Origin: Octopus bimaculoides
Lineage: Eukaryota
NCBI RefSeq assembly: GCF_001194135.2
Contig: NC_068982.1
Location: 167,806,746-167,864,787 of the forward strand
DNA length: 58,042 bases
Direction of reading: 5' to 3'
The notes under the pieces were generated by a model. It saw only the letters and a list, made by a program, of their open reading frames with translations, had not been told where the DNA came from and made no database searches. Shown here in pieces: positions 24,417-36,628 of the stretch. The translations under genes and the position numbers were made by a program. How positions within the stretch are numbered: the stretch's first letter is position 1; each line of letters starts with the position of its first letter.

Positions 24417-24637
24417 CGATGGGGTGCTGGCTGAAATGTTCCTGGCTTTGGGTAAAAGAAAATACAGGAGGATTAGTTAATTATGATCTTATTCAACATG
24501 TTCCCCTCTCAGATTCACACACTTATTGCAGCAGTCATTTAATTTTTCTAAGCCCTGTAAAAGAACTCGGAAGGTTGGGTCTCCAACCAGGCCTTTCGCG
24601 ACACCCTTCGAACCAGAAACTTTTCAGCAGCCCCTCG
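24417..24637 (-). mobile_element. 221-bp mariner-derived MITE carrying the transposase 3' end
   Basis: TIR-like ends CGATGGGGTGCT...TGAAATGTTCCTGG / CCAGAAACTTTTCAGCAGCCCCTCG, TA on the left; minus strand gives AWLETQPSEFF..GLEKLNDCCNKCVNLRGEHVE* with one frameshift; second copy at 47099-47301. Confidence 0.85.
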
Positions 24638-27600
24638 CATTCTCCGATTGGTGGATTACTTCGTCTAAGAACTACGGTTTTGGCCATTTACACAGCTTTA
24701 ATTACCGTTTACAAAATACAAAAAGCGGGCTCAGCTTTACTTTTTCAGTGTTCTTTTGACAAGAAAATATGTGACACAATTACAAATACGGACAAATCTA
24801 AACAAATTTCTGTTCACTGTAATTGCATAAAGATTCTGTTTTTTTTTATATAGATCTCTTTCTGTATTACCATCAATCATTCAACGTAAGATTTTTTTCA
24901 ATTGATACATGGAAAAACAGGGAAAGTATAAATATAATCAGTTGACCCAACTTTTCCTACAAGTTGAAAGTCAAAGTCTACAATCAAACGAAAGATCTCT
25001 TATGTTGTCGGTCGAACTGCTGAATATAGCAATGTAATCCCCCTCATATCATAAAAACAAAAGAAAAATTGAATAGTCTAGTCTTAGATGCAGAACAAGA
25101 TAAAAGTGACTGGGCTGAAATGCTTTTTATCATACCAAAGGTGGGTTGGAGATTATTAGGGAAAAGGATTTAATTCGACCTCAATAAGATCTGAACTCAG
25201 CTTGATTAAGTATTACGATGCATTTTATCCAATACATTACCAGTCCGCCATTTAACCACTCTCAAGCTAACCATAATGCAATAATTAATGGATGTTAAAT
25301 TTATTTCTAATAGGAAATATAGAAAATTAGTGTTGAGCAGTCGTGGTTGAAGAAATCCCACTTCACGGAAATATTTTGTTTAAAATCAAATACAGGAAAA
25401 AGATAGAAAACAAAGACAACAATACCAAAAATCTCAAGCTAAACAAACAAAAACAAAATTCCAATAAATAGACAAATAAACAGATGAAATCAAATCAAGC
25501 AAAAAATTCTAATAAAAACTATTATTGATGAGGAATTTCTGCATAAAATGATTTCATTTTTATTCCGATGATGGAACACAGTATTGGATTATATTTAAAA
25601 TAAAAACAAAATCCAATAAAACTGCGGAAAGAATTAGAAAACAAGAATTAATGAATGAGGCAATTTAAAAATATTTTAAGCATTATATTAGCAAACTTAA
25701 CGGTTATTTGTAAAAAAAATAAAATCAAAGAAATAGAGAGTGAAATATAAAATAAATAAATTCATACACTTCCATCACATTTGGAATTGTAGGAAAATCG
25801 GGACAAGATGTTGAAAAATGGAAATTGTCTCTTTTTTTTTCTTGATTTCATGCTTTTTTTTGTCTTTTTGAATGATATTAACTTTTTAGCCGTTGCTTTT
25901 AATTTCTGCTTCCATACGTTGTTCGATTGCGAAGAAAATTTGAACATTTGCATTAAATCTTAAAGCAGTCATTATATGAATGACTAAAAATAAGATTTTC
26001 TTAATTTGCTACTCAACCGTGGAGAAAAACTGGCACCTATATTCTTAAGAAATTTTCGCCAGACATATTAATTATAATCATGCTGCACACACAGAGACAC
26101 ACATACCTATGCACACGTATACAAAAAAAAAATTGTATTGGTCTATTCGTATTTGTAGTGCAGTGGTAAGGAACTTTGGCTACCGTGCCTTAAATGAATT
26201 ATAAAAACTGTCACATCATGAAAGAGGATTGAGAAAACAGTGAGTTACTGCATTTATTAACAACATGTTTGCTGCGTTTAAAAAGATCTAGGCTGGCTTT
26301 TAATTTATATTATCATCCTGTGAGGACAAGTTTCACATTCTGAAACATCACAAGCAGAGAAAGCACAACAAATGTTTGGTTTGCAAGTACAAAAAATAAA
26401 ACATCGTCAGGGCAGCTAAGACAATTTTCTCTTTGATGAATATTAGAAAACCTAGTAAACACAAGATCGAAATATAGCTCTGCTGTCTGCAGAGGCTGTA
26501 TATGGGAACTTTGAATAAAAATATAGACAATATTGAGAATATAGCTTTTCAAGAGAATATAGCATAGATTACAAAGCAGCTTATAATATCACACCTATAA
26601 GGATACCTAGATGTTATCTCGAAGCAATAAATCTCCAGTCTGCACGAAAGTCAAAACATACCAGTTTACAAACATGTAGATTATGCAAAACCCCAGCCTT
26701 ACTCATAGCTAACTACGAGGGAATACTCTCCAAATGTTACCTTCCTATGAGGTATGCTGTAGTAGCCTTAACAATATGGAATAGAAAAAAGTGAACACAT
26801 TGCGGCTGATATATGACAAGAAAATTAGTGAAGCGAAAAGCTGAAAGCAACACTCCTAACCTGACAAAATGCAAAAAAAAAAAAAGAAAAAAAATCGGCA
26901 CGGTTTTTCGGTTGTAAATCTCAGCTTTCCATTTGACAAAACAGGAGAAAAAGAAATTTGTAGCAAAATTTTCAAACAGTTTATCATAAACTAAAGAACC
27001 GAAAAGATGAACCTACACAAAGATGTAAACCCCTATTTTACTCAGCCTTCTATATTAATATATGTTTAATATAATATTATTTGTATTCGGTGTTGACTGG
27101 ATTGCACAACAGTTACATGTATATCTATATGTATGTACATATATATACATAAGTATGTGTGTGTGTATTAGTAGATATATAAATATCCACACACACATAC
27201 ATATAGATTTATATGCGGGAGAAAACTTTCTATAGGTCGCTTTGTAATTGTAATTTAAGACAACAGGGTTTATTTTTAGGGAAATTTGGTTGTTATGTCT
27301 GATAAGAACAGTGGACACTCTGGGACCATGAGATAAATTTTGTTGTCATATTTCCAGATAAGTAGTACTGAAAATAAATACATAATGAACGATATTACAG
27401 TCACAATAATCCCATCATTTATATCTCAGAAAGTAGTGTGCGCTTGCAAGAAATTTAGCTGCTGCTTTTAGTATGCTGAGTGACCATGTTTCGGTTAAAC
27501 GATATGGTCTTCTGAATTTTCCTCTCGTTTATCTCTTCTTTTTCATCACTCTCTTCTTCTCCTTCTGTCTGTCTTACTTTTCCATATATTCAGAATAAGC

Positions 27601-27700
27601 TGTTGAACTAACAAGCAAATTAAATCATTACATCAGAGACAGTATTTGGAGACGGTGTGAGTTTTGACTTAGGCAGAAAGAAAAGAAATGAATTTTCTTC

Positions 27701-28030
27701 GGTGCAAGCATGGTTGTGTGCTAAGAAGTTTGCTTCCCAATCACATGGCTCAGGGTTCGGTCCAGTGCTGGCGCCTTGGGCGAATCTCTTCTACTATAGC
27801 CTCGAGCCGACCAAAGCCTTGTGAGTGGATTTGGTAGACGGAAACTGATAGAAGCCAGTTGTATGCCCCTCTCTCACTCTCTCTCACACTCTGCTTGTCT
27901 TTGTGTCTGTGTTTACCCCGCCCCTACCACTTGACAATTGGTGTTCTTTTGTTTACCTTCTCGTAACTTAGCGGTCCGGCAAGAGCAGCCGATAAATTAA
28001 GTACCGGGCTTAAAAAGAAAGTAATGGGGA
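27701..28030 (+). mobile_element. tRNA-derived SINE, family C
   Basis: GGTGCAAGCATGGTTGTGTG head, CCGACCAAAGCCTTGTGAGTGGATTTGGTAGACGGAAACTGA core, GTAACTTAGCGG...CCGATAAATTAAGTACC 3' region. Confidence 0.88.
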
Positions 28031-28671
28031 AGATATGGTCGCGGTCCAATGACACACACATACATATATACATACATATTGACACCGTAACATCATTATA
28101 TGGTGCGTAATATGTATGTTGGAGTTTGTGGGCAGGTTAGGTGTTTTGGTAGGAAAATAAAAACTGAGGCATCCTAATTTAGAATTATTCACAATGAATC
28201 CTCTTAATTGATCAATAGAATATTAGAATATTCGAGAAATATTTAAAGGGCGAAAAAATAAAATATATCACGGTAAGTATGTGATAGAAAGGAAGTAATT
28301 CGTTCAACTGAAAGACGCAGTTTTTAGACAAATGTATATTCATATTAAGTAGTTAAATGTGTTTTTTAATAGGAAGACTATTTCAGATGATTACTGTATA
28401 TCATTAGAAATAACCATATGGATTTATGTAATTCCAAAGATATAGAAAACTATTTAAAGTAACAGAATGAAGCATTCTCATTCTGTGAAAACTCTAATCT
28501 GTGTGGTTATAATGGAGTAAAACACGCAGAGAAAGGAATAGCATGTAATACAGAAGCTAATGGAAGTCTAATAGATATAATTCATTTAGCATTGTGTATA
28601 GAGATAATAAATAATAATCAAAATTAGAAAGGAATATATAATACATACACACGGGCGTGGGTATGCATGCG

Positions 28672-28715
<44 letters not shown>

Positions 28716-29034
28716 TGTGTGTATGTGTGTGTGTGTGCGCGCGTGTGCGAGCGTGCTTGCGAATTACAGTTAAGCTGTTTGTTGAATATACTTCGAAGTT
28801 ATGGAAACTATGGTTCTCGATGTTGAGAAATATGTATTTGAGAGTAAAATTGGTAGAAAAGTAGAATGGAAGATACATTTGTTCGCAAGATCAAATATAA
28901 AGAATACGTTCTTGGTAAATCATGTTAACTTAAGGTCGAATAAATTCCGAAGATATCGTGACTAAGTGTATGCTTAAGAATATTATAATTAGTAAACAAA
29001 AAATTTCAAAGGGATCGGATATGTATTATAAAAT

Positions 29035-29830
29035 TACGAAGTACGTTCCAGACGTTTTTAGACCTTTTCAGTACAGACATTAATTTCGAAGAAGTACAAA
29101 ACTTTAATCTACTTCAAATTAGGATCCTCTGTCTTCAATGCACTTGTAGCTCTCCAGCCACTTAGTGAAAACCCCATTGAAGTCCTTGAAAGTAAAGGCG
29201 TCTACAGCCCTTGTCATAGCCTCTTCATCTTCAAAACAACTGTCCCTGAGTGTCTCCTTCAGCTTGGGGAACAGTCAAAAGCCACAGAGAGCAAAGTCTG
29301 GACTGTAAGGTGGGTGAGGGGCAGTTTTGATGACCATCTCTCTCAAGTAGTTGGTTACCAGGATGATCATCAATGAGCATTCTGGGAACAAACTTTGGAC
29401 ACATTTTGTTCATGTTCAGATCTTTATGAATAATTCTATGTACGGTTGCCACACCAACTGTATGCTTATTCTCTTTAAAGACACAAGACGCTCATCATCC
29501 AGAAGATTGTGAAGTTTCCCAACCAGCTTTGATGATCTGATGTCTCTCTGCCTTCTACACATCTTGTCTCTCACCTCTCTACCGTCCTTGAATCTCTTGT
29601 GCCAGCAAGAACGTTAATACATTAGCAATCTGAAATATTTATTAAGTTTCTTTAGCGTTTGTCCCAGTTTAACACAGCACTTTATTGCATAGCGAGTTAC
29701 CAAATGTCCGGACTGCATTCTGCAAACTAGAGGATTGTGACCAGCAGTGTTTATTGTGTTCAAAGTGTTGCTACAGCTGTCCCCTTCAGTCTGAAATAAC
29801 AAAAGTTGACAGGTTAGTTTGCTAGATGTA
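29035..29830 (-). mobile_element. Mariner remnant with large internal deletion (third family)
   Basis: RYAIKCCVKLG (HTH start), ATVHRIIHKDLNMNKMCPKFVPRML (linker), PPYSPDFALCGF*LFPKLKETLR (third-Asp region); termini poorly defined. Confidence 0.8.
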
Positions 29831-30044
29831 TAGTAATGATATACTAAAATTACACTAATTTGGAGCAGTTACAAGTGCCACTCTTAAAAAAGAAAATCTT
29901 AAATCTTCTGAAATGCACCTTATATTCTAGGTGATTCAGTTATAATTTTTTAAAAAAGCCACCAAATAAAATAGAACTGTTGTGTATGGCTGACGTTTAT
30001 AAGGTGTCATCTATGTTATACTACTAGAGTAATAATAATAATAA

Positions 30045-30262
30045 TCCTTTCTACTGGAGGCACGAGCTTCAAATTTGGGGCGAGGGGACCAGTCGATTGC
30101 ATCGACCCCAGTGTTTCACTGGTACTTAATTTGTCGATCCTGAAAGGATGAAAGGCAAAGAAAATCTCGGTGAAATTTGAACTCAGAACGTCTTTATGAC
30201 GGACGAAATGCCGCTAAGCATTTTGCCCAGCATGTTAACGATTCTGACAGTTCGTCGCCTCA
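30045..30262 (-). mobile_element. SINE family A
   Basis: Reverse complement of the family A body (AATTTGAACTCAGAACGT, GCTAAGCATTTTGCCCAGC); followed by another 3' fragment at about 30270-30298. Confidence 0.88.
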
Positions 30263-32572
30263 ATAATGATAATCCTTTCTACTGTAGGCACAAGGTCAAG
30301 AAAAGGATAATAATAATAAGAAGAAGAAGTATAAGAATAATGGAGCAATTTTCTGAAAATGAAATAAATTGAGGAGAATGTTATGCTATAGAATGTACAT
30401 GTATATTCAAATATATATTTGTTTGGTAAAATAGTGAATATTGGCTATTAGTGGTTATGTTGAATAGATAACACTCGTGGACGAGTTGTACAGACCATTA
30501 TGTGTGTTAAGCAATTTTATATTATATTTGATTACTTCGATAAACTACGAAACAATTAAATATTCGAACATTTTATACCTTTTACCTAAGAAATAATTAA
30601 ATTATATCTGTATAGATTAGATTATCTGGTTATCTGCTGATAACCAGATAATCTATACTATATCGCCTCTTTGTCGGGATGTTAGTGTTCTGCCATTTTT
30701 ATGAGTATTGTAAAAACCCACCTGCTGTAATATATTTATCAACCATTATACTAAAATTACTTTTGAAGTTATATATTTAAGAATAACCTGTTACTGTAGC
30801 ATTATTTTCTAAACTAGTCTCTGTTAGAGTGTAATAGATAATGATTCGCTTTTTTAAATATTTTTGTAAAATATCCTAACTTTTGTTCACATGATCACGG
30901 CTTTAAAATCTTCCAAACTTGTGTATTAAATTCAATACCCACTTCAATATATGAGCTACTACTATAGCTATCTATTTATGCTTTAACTTATGATTAAAAT
31001 GTAGCTCACAATTCTCCTAATAATACAAGGAATATCTTTGAAATCACTCGACATATTTTGCACTTATACTTCTACACTTAAGACTAAACCTCTCTCCTCT
31101 TCCTACCTCGATATTCCTAACAACTACCTTACTGTAAATAAAAATATGATATACCTGCAACAATCTCTTTATTTTACTTATTAAACTGACCAAGGCAACA
31201 AAATTCTTAGCTTATAAAGAACAAAACAGCATTGTCTAATAATTTATATAATAATAATTCCAAATATTACATTACATTAAACAACGTTGTTTTCCATTAG
31301 CACCTGTACCTCTGTTCTCCCACTTATCACCTTTAATATTGATTTATCTCTTCATCCATTTCTCACTCAGCCGACCTTTGATAAGGTCAGATGATTACAC
31401 ATAACCTAAAAGACAATATGATGACTTTGAATCTTTAATTTTATCCTTTGAAAACCATACTAATGTTCATCGAACATTAGACAAGTAAATGTTACATTAG
31501 ATAGACAGCATAATATGTCTCGTACAGACATACATGTTCCCCCACGTTTCACTTATCTGACATTTGCCATGAAACATCTTTTTAAAAAAGTAAAATGTAT
31601 AACTATGCGCACTAATGATTGACTCAAAATATTTAAATATTAATATTAACATACTAGTAATCATCGTTCTAATACATATAATGCATTTCTAACACATTTT
31701 GTCAGACAGTTTACAACACTTACAATCTGCGCAGTTATACCTTTTCAAAGTTAAACGTTATCCATATCCTATCAGAATTTCGTTTCCTTTAGCCAGTTGC
31801 TTTTGCATTGAATGTTAAATATAGAGTACCACTAGTTAAGGACTCTTTTCCACTATTCTACTAAAAATGTACAAACATATTGCATTTAAAAGAGTCTTAC
31901 ATTAATGTGCATACAGACATAAAACGGCATTAGCGGCAATATTTTGTCTCGAAGAAATATCCAAGAGGCTTTGACTTTATTTGGTCTTCTCAGTAACAAA
32001 TATTATCCCTAGACGTTGTTTGCAAAGCTGAAAATATTTGTTCCTTTACAGAAATCGTGAAAGAAAACATTTACTAATTTGTGAGAAATCTAACCAGGCT
32101 GGAAGTTAACCTATCTCTATATGCATTAGACAACATAACATTCTCCTCAACTTTCTTAGTTTGCAAGTAATTACTCCACCTTTTTCCTATTAGTCCGACT
32201 CTCCATTGAATTTTCTCTGTTCGGTTTCTCTAAAAACATATTTTCGAAAGATTATATCTAACTTCCCCATTTATTCTCACCCTGGTGATACCTATTTCTT
32301 TCATTCAACCTTCCAAGTTTATTATTTCGATAAATATACGGTCTTAGCCTCAATAACTTACATATCTCTTTAACATTTTATATCGCTTACAAAACGAAGG
32401 TCAGTCTCTGCAATCCTTTTCAGGGCCTCCGAGACTGGTGGGAAGGAACAAGTTGTAAATTCAGAGACCTGGCTCCAATGCTTGAAACATAAGGAACTTC
32501 AACAAGACACTCAAGGTTCAGTCGATGTCTTGAAACAGGGTGATAGAATAAATCGACCACCTGAGACATATA

Positions 32573-32790
32573 TTGGTTTCAAATTTAGGCACAAGGCCAG
32601 CAGTTTCGGAGAAGGGGAAAGTTTATTACATCGACTCCAGTACTGAATTGGCACTTATTTTATCGACTCTGAAAGGATGGAAAGCAAAGTCGACGAAGGT
32701 GGACTTTGAACTTAGAACGTAAAGACGGACGAAATGCTGCTGAGTATTTTGCTCGGCGTGATAACGATGCCGCCAGCACGCCGTCCTTAC
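32573..32790 (-). mobile_element. SINE family A
   Basis: TTTCAAATTTAGGCACAAGGCCAGC...TTTATCGAC...TTTGAACTTAGAACGTAAAGAC. Confidence 0.85.
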
Positions 32791-32848
32791 CCAACACATA
32801 TATTAACGATAATACCAACCAGTAAACGCTGCGTACGTGCGTGCTCGT

Positions 32849-32913
<65 letters not shown>

Positions 32914-33654
32914 TTCATTCTATTCCTTTTTTAAAATTATTTTTCATCAGTATTTATCACTGAACAGATTGTACTTATTAGACTTCCATTAGTTTCTAGA
33001 TCATTCGCTGTCCTTTCTTACATACTGTGATCCTTTATGACAATAGAAACACCAGTTTTCACAAAAAATAAACAAGCACTATTCTATTACCTTAATAATT
33101 TACTTTTTTTCTAAGTACTGCAATAAAATAGCTTTCATTATTAGATATGCACACAATTAGGTTTTCTTCTACATACCTAGAACTTGTGGTAACTTCACTT
33201 TCCTTACTCTTATATTTCCTGATCAATTGCCTAAAATACGCATATACCCAGCATCCATATAAGCATACGAACTCATAAGAACACACACACATAGTAATTT
33301 TCGTTACTTTCATTACTGTGACTTGTCATATCGCAGCATTTAACTCAGTATGCATTACTTCAGGGGCTAGGATAAATATATTGCTATATTATTGAGTATT
33401 GACTTCGCACAAACAAGTGCACGCACGCACACATACATATACATACCTATATAGATATACGTGCGTTATAAAAGACAAAAATTAACGTGGTACATAAACG
33501 CATGACCACAAATATGTCTTGTCACCATTTTACACCACATGTTTTCTCCTACCCTATATGAATTACTAAGAAATTTGATTCCAAAACAAAAGTATCAGTC
33601 TCAAATCCATCATATCTATCCTTATATTTGGCTAATACAGTGAAATGGAAATAT

Positions 33655-33850
33655 TAGTTCCAAATTTTGGCACAAGGCCAGCAATTTAGGGAGATGGGAT
33701 AAGTCGATTACATCAACCTCAGTCTTTAACTGTTACTTATTTTATCGACCTTGAAAAGTTGACACCAGCGATATTTGAACTCAGAACGTAAAATCGAAAG
33801 AAATAGACTAAACGTTTTTCCCGGCTGTGGCAACAATTCTGCCACTTCGC
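33655..33850 (-). mobile_element. SINE family A
   Basis: TTCCAAATTTTGGCACAAGGCCAGC...TTTGAACTCAGAACGTAAA...AATTCTGCCA. Confidence 0.85.
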
Positions 33851-34001
33851 AGATATATTAACGTATGTACAACGCATTCTCTTAAACATGACCTTTCCAT
33901 GTTAGTACTTATAACGTTCTACAATCACTTATGTTTAAAATCGTAGCTGTTAATACATGCGAAATAGCTTTGTATGTTCATATAACTATATCAAGCGATA
34001 T

Positions 34002-34388
34002 GGAGGCGCAATAGCCTATTGGTTAGGGGCAGCGGACTCGCGGTCATAGGATCGCGGTTTCGATTCCCAGACCGGGCGTTGTGGGTGTTTATTGAGCGAA
34101 AACACCTAAAAGCTCCACGAGGCTCCGCCAGGGGATGGTGGCGAACTCTGTTGTACTCTTTCACCACAACTTTCTCTCACTCTTACTTCCTGTTTCTGTT
34201 GTGCCTGTAATTCAAAAGGCCAGCCTTGTCACACTGTGTCACGCTGAATATCCCCGAGAACTACGTTAAGGGTACACGTGTCTGTGGAGGGCTCAGCCAC
34301 TTACACGTTAATTTCACGAGCAGGCTGTTCCGTTGATCGGATCAACTGGAACCCTCGACGTCGTAAGCGACGGAGTGCCAACAACAAC
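34002..34388 (+). mobile_element. SINE family B with (AAC)n tail and 12-bp TSD
   Basis: Same head and body as 7852-8228; TSD ATCAAGCGATAT at 33990-34001 and 34389-34400; tail AACAACAAC. Confidence 0.93.
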
Positions 34389-34575
34389 ATCAAGCGATAT
34401 CAAACACATATTTTTAACGTCTATTAATATATGTATATCTGTATTAGATGTATTACTCAATATGCATAGCCATATCAGTCACATAGCATTTATATGATAA
34501 AATAGCTCACCCATAATATTTTTCTTCAACTTTGAAAGCTACTAACTAATCTTCTCTACAATATCTTATATATCA

Positions 34576-35174
34576 AATTAGCAGCAGAGCCCGGCTTTGC
34601 CCGAGATTAAATTGGGATTATTAAGCTAATCAACAAAAACTTACTCTTCGCTAGAAGGGGACTTAACTCCTGCTTGTAAACAATGGTGATTTGTCCGACT
34701 TGAAAATTGTTAAAAGTTTTGGTTGAAAACTTATTTTTACTGCTATTCGCTAGTGCCTCTGGGAAAAATAAGTTGACGAAAATACAGCTAGGGTCATGAC
34801 GAATATCCTCCTAAAATTGGTGCGACATACGTGCTAATTTGTGGACTTGCATGAATTACATTCACGTACACACACACACACACACACACATGTATATACA
34901 CACAATATATATGAGTGTGTGTGTGNNNNNNNNNNNNNNNNNNNNNNNNNNNNNNNNNNNNNNNNNNNNNNNNNNNNNNNNNNNNNNNNNNNNNNNNNNN
35001 NNNNNNNNNNNNNNNNNNNNNNNNNNNNNNNNNNNNNNNNNNNNNNNNNNNNNNNNNNNNNNNNNNNNNNNNNNNNNNNNNNNNNNNNNNNNNNNNNNNN
35101 NNNNNNNNNNNNNNNNNNNNNNACACACACACACACAGTGAGAAACACATATCCTGCCTTTTATATATACAGAT
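34576..35174 (+). mobile_element. Non-autonomous Helentron/DINE-like rolling-circle element (contains a 197-N gap, 34926-35122)
   Basis: 5' TAGCAGCAGAGCCCGGCTTTGCCCG, internal (CA)n, 3' CCTGCCTTTTATATATACAGAT; this layout resembles DINE-1/Lep1-type elements; similar 5' end at 57965. Confidence 0.5.
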
Positions 35175-35762
35175 AACTAAATTTACCACAACCTTTCTAA
35201 ATTTGATTAATGTAATTTAATAATTTTGCAATATAATTATATTCATGTTAATCAAATATGAACTAAATATTTAAAAACATCTGTTTCATAAATCTCTATC
35301 ATATACTTTTCAATTAATTGCTTTTTTAATTAGATGATAATTAAGTTATTAATTAGAAAATATAAAATATATATTGTGTTATTTATAAAAATAGAACCCC
35401 CCCCCCCCAGCTTAATTAAAGTCATGCTCCTCTATCGATATGATATTAACTGACTTGCCTGCAGAAGTTAACTCTAAATGGAAATAAAGATAGTCGACAT
35501 GTCTGCAGTGAGACAGAATAAAAAATCTACATGGAAACTGACATTTCCACAGAAGTACCTCCTGCTGGCAACACATTGCGTTAGTACTCAGGTGTTTCAT
35601 GAAGGAAGTCAGGAAGGAAAAATTATAACAGCTAAGGTTAGAAAATTTCAAAATTATCATCATTTATTCCAATACCATTGCCACCATCTTTATCATTATT
35701 GTCAGCACAACCACCACAATGATTATTAACGGTATTCAGTTACCATCAGAATTATTGTTATT

Positions 35763-36005
35763 AAGACGGCGGGCTGGCACAATTGTTATTACGCCGCGCA
35801 AAATGCTTAGCAGCCTTCCGTTTGTCTTTACGTTCTGAGTTCAAATTTCACCGACGTCGACTTTGCCATTCATCCTTTCGGAGTTGATGAAATAAGTACA
35901 AGTTGAGTACTGGGGTCGATGTAATTCATTTACCACTCCCCCCAAAATTTTAGTCCTTGTTTACCTATATTAGAAAGGATTATTATTATTATTATTATTA
36001 TTATT
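35763..36005 (+). mobile_element. SINE family A with (ATT)n tail
   Basis: GGCGGGCTGGCACAA head, GTTCTGAGTTCAAATT, TACTGGGGTCGATGTAAT, ATT tail. Confidence 0.88.
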
Positions 36006-36269
36006 TGGACTATCAACAAAAACATACTTTTCTTTTTCTGCTGTTGGATTCAAGTTTCTTAGAGTTTTAGTGTTTTTATTGCCTGTTTTTGAAAAGGTAG
36101 CTCGGAATTTGAGGTTCTCTCATCCTTACATAGCTGAAGCTTTGTATCGAGTCGTGAGGGGTGTAAATGGCATTATATATCAATTTTTCATTCGGCCGTA
36201 AGTTGTATGAATTTCTTACGCTCTCCTGTTTATTGTATAATATATTCGAATGTAGTTCTATCTCTAAGA

Positions 36270-36519
36270 GATGAGGAATTACGTACATTATTTACATTTT
36301 TTACATTTGACGGATATTTGTCTTGTCCTCATCTTGTTTGTTAACACAACGTTTCGGCTGATATACCATCCAACATTCATCAGGTGTCTTGGGGAAATCT
36401 CATTCCTTAAGTATTTTTCGATGTTCTTCTTCTTCTTCTTCTTCTTCTTCTTCTTCTTCTTCTTCTTCTTCTTCTTCTTCTTCTTCTTCTTCTTCTTCTT
36501 CTTCTTNNNNNNNNNNTTC

Positions 36520-36576
<57 letters not shown>

Positions 36577-36614
36577 TCACTGCCTGGAATAGAACTCGGA
36601 ATCTTGGGGTTAGT
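36270..36614 (-). mobile_element. Repeat with partial tRNA-like head, internal (AAT)n/(GAA)n tract and Penelope-pLTR-like segment
   Basis: Minus strand: CTAACCCCAAGATTCCGAGTTCTATTCCAGGCAGTGACC (B-box-like GTTCTATTC at 36587-36595), microsatellite with a 10-N gap, then the CTGATGA...GAAAC segment. Confidence 0.55.
36343..36388 (-). ncRNA. Candidate minimal type I hammerhead ribozyme (short stem III, degenerate stem II)
   Basis: GACAC-CUGAUGA-A-UGUUG(10 nt)CAGCC-GAA-ACGU-U-GUGUU: full core, stem I 4 WC + 1 GU, palindromic ACGU stem III, GUU triplet. Confidence 0.6.
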
Positions 36615-36628
36615 GAATGATTTTTGGA

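Noticed and set aside
26300-26345. Minus-strand acceptor followed by ECETCPHRMII*
   Set aside because: Too short to assign, with no linked upstream exon.
35397-35408. Poly-C run as a G-quadruplex or regulatory site
   Set aside because: A single 12-nt homopolymer without further G-tracts.
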